Below are positions 26,101 through 34,752 of a stretch of DNA of 44,486 nt, piece after piece; the first letter of the stretch is position 1, and each line of letters begins with the position of its first letter. Made by a program: the position numbers and the translations under genes. The DNA comes from Nemertoderma westbladi (taxonomy: Eukaryota > Animalia > Xenacoelomorpha): assembly GCA_032718475.1 (NCBI GenBank), contig JAUCBJ010000868.1, positions 1 to 44,486 on the forward strand, given 5' to 3'. The notes below the pieces were generated by a model. It was not told the origin of the DNA and did no database searches. It worked only from the letters and a program-made list of their open reading frames with translations.

Positions 26101-28206
26101 GATGCGTGTAGGCTCCACACCTTGCGCATGAGATACTTCAGACCTAACGGGTTGACACATTGTTACAGAGGGTGGTGGTATACCCTTTTTTAAGTTTACT
26201 AATTTATCGCGTTCTAACGCGATACTTTGCTGCACTTCTTGCAACTCTAACTTACTTTCCCTCACTGTTCCTTTTAAATGTTGGACAGTCCCTTCCAACT
26301 CTCGGACCTGTTGGGAGGAGCGTATCCGATTCTCCTTCATCTCTCCGAGGAGAATATCCATCCCCCGCCGTCTCTCGTCTACCCAATCAACCGCCGAAAC
26401 GGGATCCGCCAACGTCGTAGCGGGCAGACGAGGGACAACGGGCGACAAATCATGAATACTTCGCTCGGGGTCCAGGACCTGAACTGTCTCCTGGGCAGTT
26501 CTACGGGGCACAGGTAGCTTAGTGCTATGCAGAGGGAATTTATAGGTAGCTTCAGGGAGCACAGGTGTGTCTATCACCGTAGGGGTGATTTCAAGAACAG
26601 GCTTAATTATTTCAGGCTCATCTACTATAGTAGGGAGTCTTTCTATTTCAATTATTTGGTCTGTGGGTTCTGTACTACCTAAGTTGGTGTTATTTAGTTG
26701 TCTTCTAACAGCTGGAGGCAAATCAGGCAATTTCTGACGGTGGAATGTTCTTTTACGTCTGCTTAGACGAGATCGCTTTCCTCCGCCTTCAGTGTCGGTG
26801 GTATCGCCTTCCTCAGATGATGTATACCCCTGTCTTTTGGGAGTAGATCGACTCAACATCTGCATATTACTAGCTGCTAACTGTTTACTGAAGTCGTCTT
26901 GCTTCTCTTGAAGATTTTCCAACTCCAGTTGGATGATCTCTTCAGCCGCTTTTCGTTCTACTTCCGCCACTGCTGCCGCTTTTGCCTCTGCCGCTGCCGC
27001 TTTTCTTTCTGCCTCTGCCACTGCTGCTATCTTTCTGTCTTCTATACGTTTTTTCCTTACTTGTTCTTCCTTTTCTCTAGCGATGCGGAGTTGTTCATCG
27101 AATTTAGCTTGGTTCGCCGCTAACCTATCCACATCAATCGCATCTAACACAAGTTTGGATCCTTCGCTATTAGGGCTAAGTCCCTCTATCCTTCTCCTCA
27201 ACTCTTCATCTCCCAAAAAACGCTGATAGTCTGACAGATAGATATCAATGGCATCCTTCTTATGCGGTTTCTCTGCCGTCGCTTCACTTTCCACTTGGGA
27301 AAAAGTAGCGTCCGTCGATTCTCCATGGGTTGAGCGCTCCTCCAACTGAGCTTTCCACTGAGCTGCTCCTTGAACCTGGCGTCTCACCCTTTGAAACCAA
27401 GTCTTTACGGCAACTTGCAACGACGTGTCTTGTCTTCTTTTAGAAGCCTCCTCAAAGGCGGATAAGATTAGCCTAATTCGCAGAACTCTTTCTCTAACTT
27501 GATAAAGCAGCTGTCCCTGCTCTTGAGGTCCTTGAGGTTGTTTAAACAGTTGTCTTTCTACTCGCTCCATAGTGCTGAAGAATCCCTGTGCGTATCCGGC
27601 TGCGGACCTCTTCCATACAGCTGGATCGATGGTTTCCTTGGCTACTCCCATCCGGTGTATGTCTTCCCAGGCAGCTTCTGATAAATCAAACGGGAGTCCG
27701 GGTCCGGGGAAGTTCCATTGCGACTCGACAATAGAGTTCAGTTCTTCCCTCGTGTACCCCGCATAACTATCTCTAGTTGATCGTTGACTCCTCGCCCAAT
27801 CGATCTGGTGTTCTTCCACCGCGATCAATAACCTAGTGAGTACGGCTGCAGGAAGGATGAGAAGGGGATCCGTATAAACCGCATCCGTCATCTCTGCTCC
27901 GCGCTCGGGTGTCAGCTCTACAGTATCCTCACTACTGGAGCTGCTGGGCCGCTGAGGAATAAGTTCTTGACTCGCGGGTTGTTGCTGTTCCGCTGCTTCT
28001 TGGTCCCGCTTGACCTGAGCTCGAGTGCCTATGATAGACCTACGATGTTGGACTAGCCTAGGTTCTGTTATTACTACTGGAGGGATGACCTTCCTCACAG
28101 TGGGAGGTGAACTGAACTTACGACTAGAGGGTTCTACACCTCTATCTGAGTCGCAGATAGTTACATCTAATAGACTGTCTGACAGGTTCTGCTTAGTATC
28201 AGACAT
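20155..28206 (-). CDS. BEL/Pao Gag-Pol polyprotein (2683 aa)
   Basis: DUF1759-type capsid region (KFNGDEMKWLPF); three Cys-His knuckles; protease LLDSGS; RT (RVVFDGS, DIEGMFLQV, YMDD); RNase H (FGDAS, PRAEL, WTDA, NPADIASRG); integrase HHCC and DDE (VDLFGP, SDKGTNF, GSWERL); BEL C-terminus (WPTGRI..DGLVRSV..RPVGRLCLL). Confidence 0.98.
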   Translation of the reverse strand: MSDTKQNLSDSLLDVTICDSDRGVEPSSRKFSSPPTVRKVIPPVVITEPRLVQHRRSIIGTRAQVKRDQEAAEQQQPASQELIPQRPSSSSSEDTVELTPERGAEMTDAVYTDPLLILPAAVLTRLLIAVEEHQIDWARSQRSTRDSYAGYTREELNSIVESQWNFPGPGLPFDLSEAAWEDIHRMGVAKETIDPAVWKRSAAGYAQGFFSTMERVERQLFKQPQGPQEQGQLLYQVRERVLRIRLILSAFEEASKRRQDTSLQVAVKTWFQRVRRQVQGAAQWKAQLEERSTHGESTDATFSQVESEATAEKPHKKDAIDIYLSDYQRFLGDEELRRRIEGLSPNSEGSKLVLDAIDVDRLAANQAKFDEQLRIAREKEEQVRKKRIEDRKIAAVAEAERKAAAAEAKAAAVAEVERKAAEEIIQLELENLQEKQDDFSKQLAASNMQMLSRSTPKRQGYTSSEEGDTTDTEGGGKRSRLSRRKRTFHRQKLPDLPPAVRRQLNNTNLGSTEPTDQIIEIERLPTIVDEPEIIKPVLEITPTVIDTPVLPEATYKFPLHSTKLPVPRRTAQETVQVLDPERSIHDLSPVVPRLPATTLADPVSAVDWVDERRRGMDILLGEMKENRIRSSQQVRELEGTVQHLKGTVRESKLELQEVQQSIALERDKLVNLKKGIPPPSVTMCQPVRSEVSHAQGVEPTRIYTASEVETPIVNPIKGNYRPVDNDIPYRPDHNPRNLYTDNSILNNTMAQESFTRQMARTEARQAVKVGEIVKFNGDEMKWLPFNEYYKDNIQNSVLSNGEKLRFLIECLEGSPKLMALKFIGHPDGLRQVWDTLNIRYVNRNNIAKYLYAKLVAPRKFISSGIIEFSDEIQEICRQLDWLGKSHEYQSSMVIGAVASTLPKGGVGTRWDKKVLYMMEQQQRDPTMSDLMSFLDGEVKLQLLKLSREKTPENKVSEKPVSRRKITPVCYTDEGESQTSQGEDSGKDTDRSYYVNKMPKDQVSKFKSRTNDRREQVRKTPPTSPKRIQVRKPEDKASVHNVTQSKVSNIKPKCALCDGTHRLNMCDEFLKKSLAERREVMWDKRLCYNCLRQGHQRRTCFSDIRCAKCGAKHHILLHAEFDRNSPNQVSDSELHVQFSDVNDTDQSEMEGFYTDEFSDENESCYMINTAVYRALTYEKDTDNDFTLTTSERQPSWKEPSSNVGIREFPVVQVRVHGPERSYVVNALLDSGSTGTFIDKELAEDIFAGQPKFQTKLNMSGIMQVWKSTITADYYVGALSTPQDELGEHSIRSVKMVAIKNFATTQADLYNWDEDESIQHLNIPRFQTDYPGVQILIGQNAHEALETLEKRPAQPQPLQTYAVRTRVGWYFTGPSRRTLRERLPQERVCQVSEWEDDTSEGDDSTEGIPYSSDNDDVHQLFDEENTIDLLKENEAWQNQVNLCQLLYPSEREAYNDELNDVIERCNAKTRDEHAVRFFTQEAVEPNSYDKALSVEEERAKQIQETTTRFLKDQGRYEVGLPFRKREPKFINNRPLAEKRIAQLHRRLTANSSAKAMYQTQLKKFIGKGYAERVPEETPVTERTYYLTHHYVPKPGKPHEVRVVFDGSALYMGQSLNSELLPGPNLLQSLLGILLRLRQYSIAFASDIEGMFLQVKVLDRDRDSLRFLWWPEGDLNQKPVEYWMTIQAFGIISSPSNACSVVRTTAEDNREAFSKEVIDNIKRDIYMDDNLKSLPSVEEAIEVAKGTVECLKRGGFRLTKFTSNSREFLESIPAEDRGAKDLDLIKDDLPETKTLGLKWDTERDILFFQLKQRDNPVRTKRICLSILSTYFDPLGFISPVILIARSLVQQMWLENHSWDDPLKGELLKQWMKWEDSLPAIEDFIISRSYFGHVLPTYSYQLHVFGDASDMGIGIVAYLRVETPDGIKVALVTSKALINNKLKVPRAELKAALYATAIGRNVTEQIDYPLEKTVYWTDALLVLEYITNEVCQFSVFVTNRVAIILSRTTMDQWRHCPGTINPADIASRGATPKELVNTPEWLGGPDFLYREEEEWPPHLTTAEIRQAKGAEKVKPKTRASKSKLFKPAVDLSVLFTSGEDALDQKPTATTKEVLEIRDKDWKSGIPDISQGLSPLLQRAIRHYSSWNRLCKAVTYLKRCFHHRYSGTKTNSDDAPSTSARVHVVKDLPQYKVSDRFLKEKISYQEHDETNKQMLRLLQCYEDSDKYFLLLRNPQMRLRDRFSSTMIDGLIRVGGRLTNAPLSFDTKFPILIRNLDIQIKIIVDVHSKLYHAGRERVLSEIRTRYYFYKPRRALNQVLRNCIPCRKAFSRPLTQREAELPRERVSFYEPPFTNTGVDLFGPIEVYRARTIVKRWCVIFVCMTCRAIHLDMVNDLSTNSFVLSLRRQIARFGTSNTMRSDKGTNFIGANNEIQAYVKDWNKRQVDDQLKITASSWTFNAADAPWWGGSWERLIRSVKTAFHFIVPCRAYLTDELLRTLMEEIAAYLNERPLMPVSSNPDSLEALTPAHFLLKKPVAMLPRSEITDGDEYCRRTWQLMQLLSRRFADHFEKHYLPTLQLRTKWFAQQENVSAGDMVLIVDPDLPRKRWPTGRIIETYISSDGLVRSVELVVMRRNFKKPGIVFETQQLNRPVGRLCLLERDRELSGNYGRQETLPTTTSLIQPTSRDSPT

Positions 28207-29454
28207 ATTTGTATGTACAGTTGAATGCCTACTGCTATATTACAGTCTAAGCAAGTCTAGTAATTCAGTATTAACTACTAGCCTAGTAATTAAATACCGA
28301 TACTGCTACTCAATGCAGCGTGGTATATATAATATATTAAAATACCGGTATGCTTATAGTATATATAAGTATTATTACAGACTAGGTTTGTCGCAGAGTA
28401 CCGGTATAATTTTAGCACAAATATATAAATATATAATAGGCCTATCGGGAATACCGGTATATCAATTATTTAAATAATTGAATTTCTGAATTTTAGGGTT
28501 ACTTTGTTACTTTACTTACTTTATTACCGTTATTTGAGCAGTAGTCCAACTGATATTGAGACCTAATTGTTGTATGGCAGGCCTACTATTTATAAATCGT
28601 TTGAGTTGATTTATAATATATATATACCCGTTTAATGGGTTTTGTCAATGTTGAAATAAATGTTATTATTTCTGGGGGGTAATCACTGCACAAAGCGGTA
28701 CGCTTTCAGTGAAGTGTTACTTATAAGACACTAAAACAAATAATGCTAATTTACCTAAGTTACTTAATACTACAAATTACGTACAATTCGGGTTGAGATT
28801 ACAATCTCTAAATAAACACAAAAATTTACAAAAAAACACAAAATACGAATTTTTAGGGTAATTTTACAAGAAGTCTACAAACCAGCCTAACAAAGGGTTA
28901 GAATCTGGTTATTACAACGGACAGGGTACTGCGGTATTTGAAAATAATAAGTAGTAGTAAATACACTGCGTTGTCCAGATAGGAAAATACCACCGCCTGA
29001 CGACCTATAGCCGTATCGCTATAGGTTCTACGTTATGTATCACGGAGTGTTCCTACCTAGAAGTTAATAGAGCTAATCGAACGTGCCTATCAACTACTTT
29101 ACAACACAAATATAATACCTACACTAATTACTTTCGGAAAGCACTGTACACTAAACCCTAAATTATGTACGAGTACTTGTACAACATATAATCAGTAGTT
29201 AAATATACTTGAACAGCTAAAAGAACCACGGCATCTGCTGGAGTGACCGATGCACAAAATCACCAGTCTTTACCTACGCCAAGCAGCCCGTGTAGTACCG
29301 GGGTTAATTTAACTATAGCGGTATGTATAACAAACACAATTATTGTAGGAACAAACTTGGGGAATGAATGTTGCGGATAATCGCATAAACTCTGAATAAT
29401 AAATATTACGCTACGCGTACAAACTACTCAAACAAAATGCAGACCGAACACTGA

Positions 29455-29970
29455 CAGACTACCATCAAGCCTAAACAAACTACGGTATATGCAGACTCCG
29501 AAATAATTAGGTAGTATGCGTTCTAACCCAGTAGTACGACTTATTCTTTAGTTGAGGGTTTACCTTACAGCATTCGCTGCCCCTACTTCCTAACCGTTCT
29601 TTATCGGACAAGTGATCTACACACGCTGCAATCCGTTCAGACCTAATAACAGCCAGACAACTATCCAGCCTACAAATTATCTAAATAAAATTATACGCTA
29701 CCCGTACAGACTTACACAAACAAAGTACAGACTAAACGATGACAGACTACTCTCAAGCCTAAATAAATTACAGGACATGCAGACTCCGAAATAATTAGGT
29801 AGTATGCGTTCTAACCCAGTAGTACGACTTATTCTTTAATTGGGGGTTTACCTTACAGCATTCGCTGCCCCTACTTCCTAACCGTTCTTTATCGGACAGG
29901 TGATCTACACACACTGCAATCCGTTCAGACTTAACAGCAATCAGACAACAGCTCAGCCTACAAATTGTCT
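29455..29970. repeat. ~288-bp-period direct duplication in the leader of element B
   Basis: ATGCAGACTCCGAAATAATTAGGTAG... at 29489 and 29777; single copy in element A (~1930-2130). Confidence 0.88.
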
Positions 29971-30145
29971 GTACAATCTGATCAGGCTTACACGTCTTCT
30001 GTTCAATACTGGCCTACAAACAAATAAAACTTGACAGAAATAAGTAAAATCTCAATAAAAAACCAGGACGGCCGTTCCCTGATTAAGTACTAAGACCTAC
30101 CGGTATACAACAATCAAATCGAATAATACTAATGTACTTATACGG

Positions 30146-30275
30146 GAAGTACCGGTTAGGACAGTTAGGCCTACGGACTTACAGAAGTACCGGTTCTGGC
30201 AGTTGGACCTACGGGCCTACAGCAGTACCGGTTCTGGCAGTTGGGCCTACTGACCTACAGAAGTACCGGTTCAAG
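30146..30275. repeat. 38-bp tandem repeat in the leader, near the 5' LTR of element B
   Basis: AGTACCGGTT core recurs at ~30148, 30186, 30224 and 30262. Confidence 0.85.
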
Positions 30276-30339
30276 TTTACCGGTTGACCGGTATTTTCAA
30301 CTTTATTGCTTACTGCAACAAAGAAGCTATATCCTTTAA

Positions 30340-31549
30340 TGTTCGCGCTTTCAGACCTTTGGCAGTTTAACCCGCCAAATTAAGATGTCTTCTAGATATT
30401 AAATCGCTTTTTAGCCTATGACAAGTATTTGATTCACTACACTAGTCGAAACCAATCTGTGCGCGATCATTCACCCGCTGGATATTCCCGGGAGATTGGG
30501 TTCGACTGTTTAATTTTATTGCTATGTAAGCCTAATGTATTATTCGACTGACAGTATTATATAATCTCTGACAATATTATTCACCTTCGGGAATATTAAC
30601 AGTTCCTTTAGGACATGGCGCTTTATCTATATAAACAGAGTTATGACTTAAACTACTCACAACGATATGGCTTAATTATAATTCACATATATGGCGCATT
30701 CTTTAGGAATTGCTTCTTTAACAGAATCACTCATACACAATGCTGCACAATACTGCACACTAATCTGCCAATCTTCACTGATTTTAGTCACATATAAAAG
30801 GAACACAGACTGACTCATGTAGGGTCTATCAAATAACATTAGATTCACTTCAAACCACTTTAACATAAGTCACAATCGTTATTGGTAACCTTTCTCTCTT
30901 ACCTTCGGTATATCAAGAATATTGGGTTTTCGGGGTTATTTCTCGTTATTCCAATATAATAATTCATCAACAAATATAATGAATAACCGACAACAAATAG
31001 CAGTATACAGTATCGATTGAGCAGGTAAATTTTAGCAGTTTCAGCAGTTATTAAAAGCCGTGTGTCAGCAGGTATTATGCAGCAGTGACTACTGCAGTTA
31101 AAGGATATATGTCCTTATAATTAAACCTACTAGTGTTGGACTAAAAAGCAGAAAACACAAAACACTACAAAGCCGTTCTTTCGTGGCTTTGAAAAACTCG
31201 TGACTACTGCTCTATACGAGGATACCAACTACCCTTATTCCACGAAGCTCCCGTTCAACACAGAGAAAGAGCAGTGAGATAGGAAAATTTCAGTTCAGTA
31301 GCTCTGTGATAGGTCAAAATCAAGGCTAACTCAAATTCTATTGGGAGATACAAAAACAAGGCTATGACGCAACCTTCCTAGGCTAGTTGGCCGATTAAAC
31401 AGAGCCCAGATGCCTGTGTACAGCAAATCAGCCAATAAGCTGGTAGCTTGCACTATTTTAGCTATCGATCCCCTTTTAGAGTATTCAGCGACTGGGGGGG
31501 AACTGGTTAGCAAGGCAAACGAATCAGTTATCCCACAAAAGCTTTTACA
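30340..31549 (-). repeat. 5' LTR of element B (1210 bp)
   Basis: Minus strand TGTAAAAGCTTTTG...GCGCGAACA; near-identical to the 3' LTR. Confidence 0.97.
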
Positions 31550-31554
31550 TCCAG

Positions 31555-32353
31555 AAAGACCAAAATTTTGACAGTTAACTTTGAAAGTCCTCAGCAAGTC
31601 TCTGATCGGATGAGCATAAGCTCAAAGGATGGTATGTTTGAGCATGTGGACGACTTCTGTACCTGGGATCATGGATCCGGAAGTCAGGTGAGGACCTTCG
31701 AATACGTAAGGGAAAGGCATGGGCAGCCTTGAATAGGCTTTCCAGGATTTGGAAGTTACCGAGAATTAATCGGAAACTTAAGGTCCGATTATTTAGAGCA
31801 GCAGTAGTTCCAGTACTCCTCTACGGGAGTCCATGCTGGGCTCTAACTGCTGAGGACACCAAATCTCTGGATGGCACATTCACAAGAATGCTACGCCGGG
31901 TTCATTGTGTCAAGTACAATGCACACATCTCCAACCAGACACAATATAACATTGGAGGTGTCTCATTGGTTCCCCCAAGCTTGACACTAGAACAAAATCG
32001 CCTCCGCTTTGCAGGACATTTCTTTCGCCGTGAGGACCAGCCAGTGCATAATCTTGTACTTTGGCAGCCTCATGGACTCCATGAGGCTGCCAAAGTACAA
32101 GATTATGCACTGAATAAGCATGAATAAGTGAATAAGAAGAATAAAGAAGAATAAGTGAATAAGCATGGTGGACAGCCCATGACTTTCTTGAGACACATCT
32201 TAAAGGACACTGGCCTTGAAGATGCGGATGATCTAGCAAATGTCATGGGTCATAGGGAGTTATGGCGGTGCAATTTTGTTGACAAGCCGGCACAGCATTC
32301 TTAAAAATGCAGCTGCAATGCAGCATGCCGATCCTAGTAGTAGTAGTAGTAGT
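31555..32353 (+). mobile_element. RTE-clade LINE, piece 3 (RT thumb, C-terminus, 3' UTR and (TAG)6 tail)
   Basis: Rejoins piece 2 in frame across the TSD (GLFINS-RKTK). LGSWI, KVRLFRAAVVPVLLYGS..W, RLRFAGH, GGQPMTF...RELWR. Ends in TAG repeats at 32335-32352. Confidence 0.93.
32042..32112. repeat. Perfect 35-bp-arm palindrome with 1-nt spacer
   Basis: CAGTGCATAATCTTGTACTTTGGCAGCCTCATGGA-C-TCCATGAGGCTGCCAAAGTACAAGATTATGCACTG. Confidence 0.97.
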
Positions 32354-32384
32354 GATACTGTACGTGCGACACTTTACCGTTGTC

Positions 32385-32545
32385 TGCTGGAACGTCTGTC
32401 TGCCAGAGTCGAGACTGCTTTTCACGCAATGGGAAGATCTTTGAGGAACCAAATCAAGTGAATACATGTTGGGGGTTCTACACATGGATGCCTCGAATGC
32501 GTTTAATTCGTTAAACTGAACAGCCGCGATGTGGAACGCCAGTGC
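32385..32545 (+). pseudogene. Relic of a CRE-like non-LTR reverse transcriptase
   Basis: Hand translation across frames: VETAFHAM...GVLHMDASNAFNSLN*TAAMWNA, resembling the CRE-clade E-x-A-x-H-A-M...D-A-x-N-A-F-N-S-L-N-R motif. Confidence 0.65.
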
Positions 32546-33468
32546 CAGTCCGTTTTGTCAGTGGGCACAATAGCCCTACAGTTCTCAGGACAAGGAGGGT
32601 ATCCTCCCTACATCCACCAACTCCTGAAAAATCATCACAAATCAACTTGTTCTTGGACGGTAGATTACAGTATTACTTATAATGTTCTTTTGTTCACCAT
32701 TTTTCAAGTGAAAGTTTGTTCTATGGGATAATTCATTCAGATTCATGTATGAGTTTCCCCTTGCTTTTGAGTTTTTTATGATGACTAATACAGTAATAAT
32801 AATTTGCATTAAAACTTTTATTTTGTGTTTTTAATAGATTGTGTCAGGTGGTGGATCAGTAGGCCTATATTAATTAAGCTAAAACTATTTAAGATTAATA
32901 TAATTATTTAATAACCATAAATACACGGCGTTTTTTCGTTTATTTATCTTTCAACTTACTATTAAGAATGTGACATAAAATACAAAACTTCTCGAAAACT
33001 TATCTACCGTCATCGGTGCACATTTGTAAACTCGTGAAGTTTTATTTAATTTATGATATTTTGCTGCGGCCAATGCGTAAATTATTTTATCATTAATGGA
33101 AACTTGTTCTTCAACTAACATATTATCAATCAATACCTGCCCATTTATTTTATGTTCGTTGTTGTTAAAAAAAACCTTCATTGTTTTGTAGATTTAACCT
33201 CGTTTATACTGTACCTCATAACATGCGACAGTATAAATTTATCGATGTTTTTTCATTTGTATCGTTTATCTACGCTGCCCAACAAATATAATATTTTGTG
33301 TTGGATAGTTATAAAACCCAAAAATAATGAAAATGACGAAATGATCAACTGAAATATCGAATTTATCAAACAATCTGCAAATTCTCGCTTTCCAGTACGA
33401 TAGGTATTATTAGACCAGTACGATAGGTATTATTACAGTCCAGCTCACCAACAGAGTGCCATCGGATC

Positions 33469-33527
33469 AAGCCGGCACAGCATTCTTAAAAATGCAGCTG
33501 CAATGCAGCATGCCGATCCTAGTCCTA
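33469..33527 (+). mobile_element. 59-bp 5'-truncated retrocopy of the RTE 3' end
   Basis: First 55 bp (33469-33523) are identical to 32284-32338. Flanked by direct repeat GCCATCGGATC (33458-33468 and 33528-33538). Confidence 0.85.
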
Positions 33528-33549
33528 GCCATCGGATCCGATCTGAACC

Positions 33550-33655
33550 GATCGGATCCAACAGCTTCAAACACTTTCAGCCAAACTCCAACAGTCCAAC
33601 AACTTCAAACAGATTCAGACAGTTTCAAACAGAATCAGACAACTTCCAACAACCT
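33550..33655. repeat. Degenerate 10-bp minisatellite (TTCA[A/G]ACA..)
   Basis: TTCAAACACT/TTCAGACAGT-type units; same family at 38010-38160. Confidence 0.75.
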
Positions 33656-34752
33656 GTCAATCACTCCACCCACACTCAACCGCAACCCCAACTCAACTCC
33701 CATCTTCTTGCGCGCAGATAGAATGAAAGCGTTTGAAACTACTAAAGGAACTCCATTCATAAAGACAGAGTGGACTGGCCACTGGCGGCGCCCTTGAACA
33801 TTCACACTGTAACCTAAGCCGACCTGAAGGAACAGCCCATTAGGGAGGTCAGTATTTCTCTTTATTCCTGCCGCTATCTTTGAATAACACAATAGCAGAA
33901 AGCTAACCAGTGGTCTACCCCCAATACAAGAAAGACAAGTTGGCTACCATTGAAATGAATGGGGAATGGAATTCTGTGTTCACATACTAATGTTGCTTTG
34001 GGTTGGTCTAGAGCCATACAATAGAGCTTTACGGAAATACACTTCCAAAGAGCCAAGCAGTGGCGGTATAGGTCCAAAATTTCCAAAGAATTCCAAATAA
34101 TTTCTTCGAATAATGCTCAATTTCCTTAAGTTACATTAATTAAAATACTGATAAATATATTTTGCTTTTCGCAGGAGGGACAGTATCCCCCTCTACAGTT
34201 AATATAGTGTACGTACATGTGTTAGTTATATCGTTGCGTTTATTTATATTTATACAGGTTTGGATATGATCTCTACTAGTTTGATTTTTGTTTTGACAAT
34301 TAATTAATTGTGCGGTTAATTTGTCAATCACAGCCTTAATTGGCTACATTGCTTATTGTATGAATGAATATAATTTAGTTATTAAGACATTATTTTAATT
34401 AGTATCAGGTGTGATTGGGTCTACCTTTTACATAACAACAGTATGTCAATGGCGGATTTACTACTACTACTAAGTCGAGCGAACTTGGACAGTGGAAATG
34501 AGATCCTTCCAGGCTTCCCGATTCTCCATAGTTGTCGCAATTTCGTTTCTCCCAAGTTCAGAGATGGCGGATATACATTACATCATAAAGTCACGCAGTC
34601 ACGTGAAAACAAGGGCCTTCACATTCCCAATTCTCTATCTAATCTATTATGGTTGTGCGTAATGCTCAATACTACTTTATGATATTAATTCATTCACTTT
34701 TAACATTAACAGCCACGTTTCATCAACCCCCCTCCCCTTCCAATGTGACAAA

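Larger units (their letters stand above)
14582..31549 (-). mobile_element. BEL/Pao LTR retrotransposon B (intact Gag-Pol, young)
   Basis: 5-bp TSD TCCAG at 14577-14581 and 31550-31554. LTRs at 30340-31549 and 14582-16892 have TG...CA ends. Uninterrupted 2683-aa ORF. Confidence 0.97.

Noticed and set aside
32951-33181. 76-aa minus-strand ORF
   Set aside because: AT-rich with no motif or splice support.
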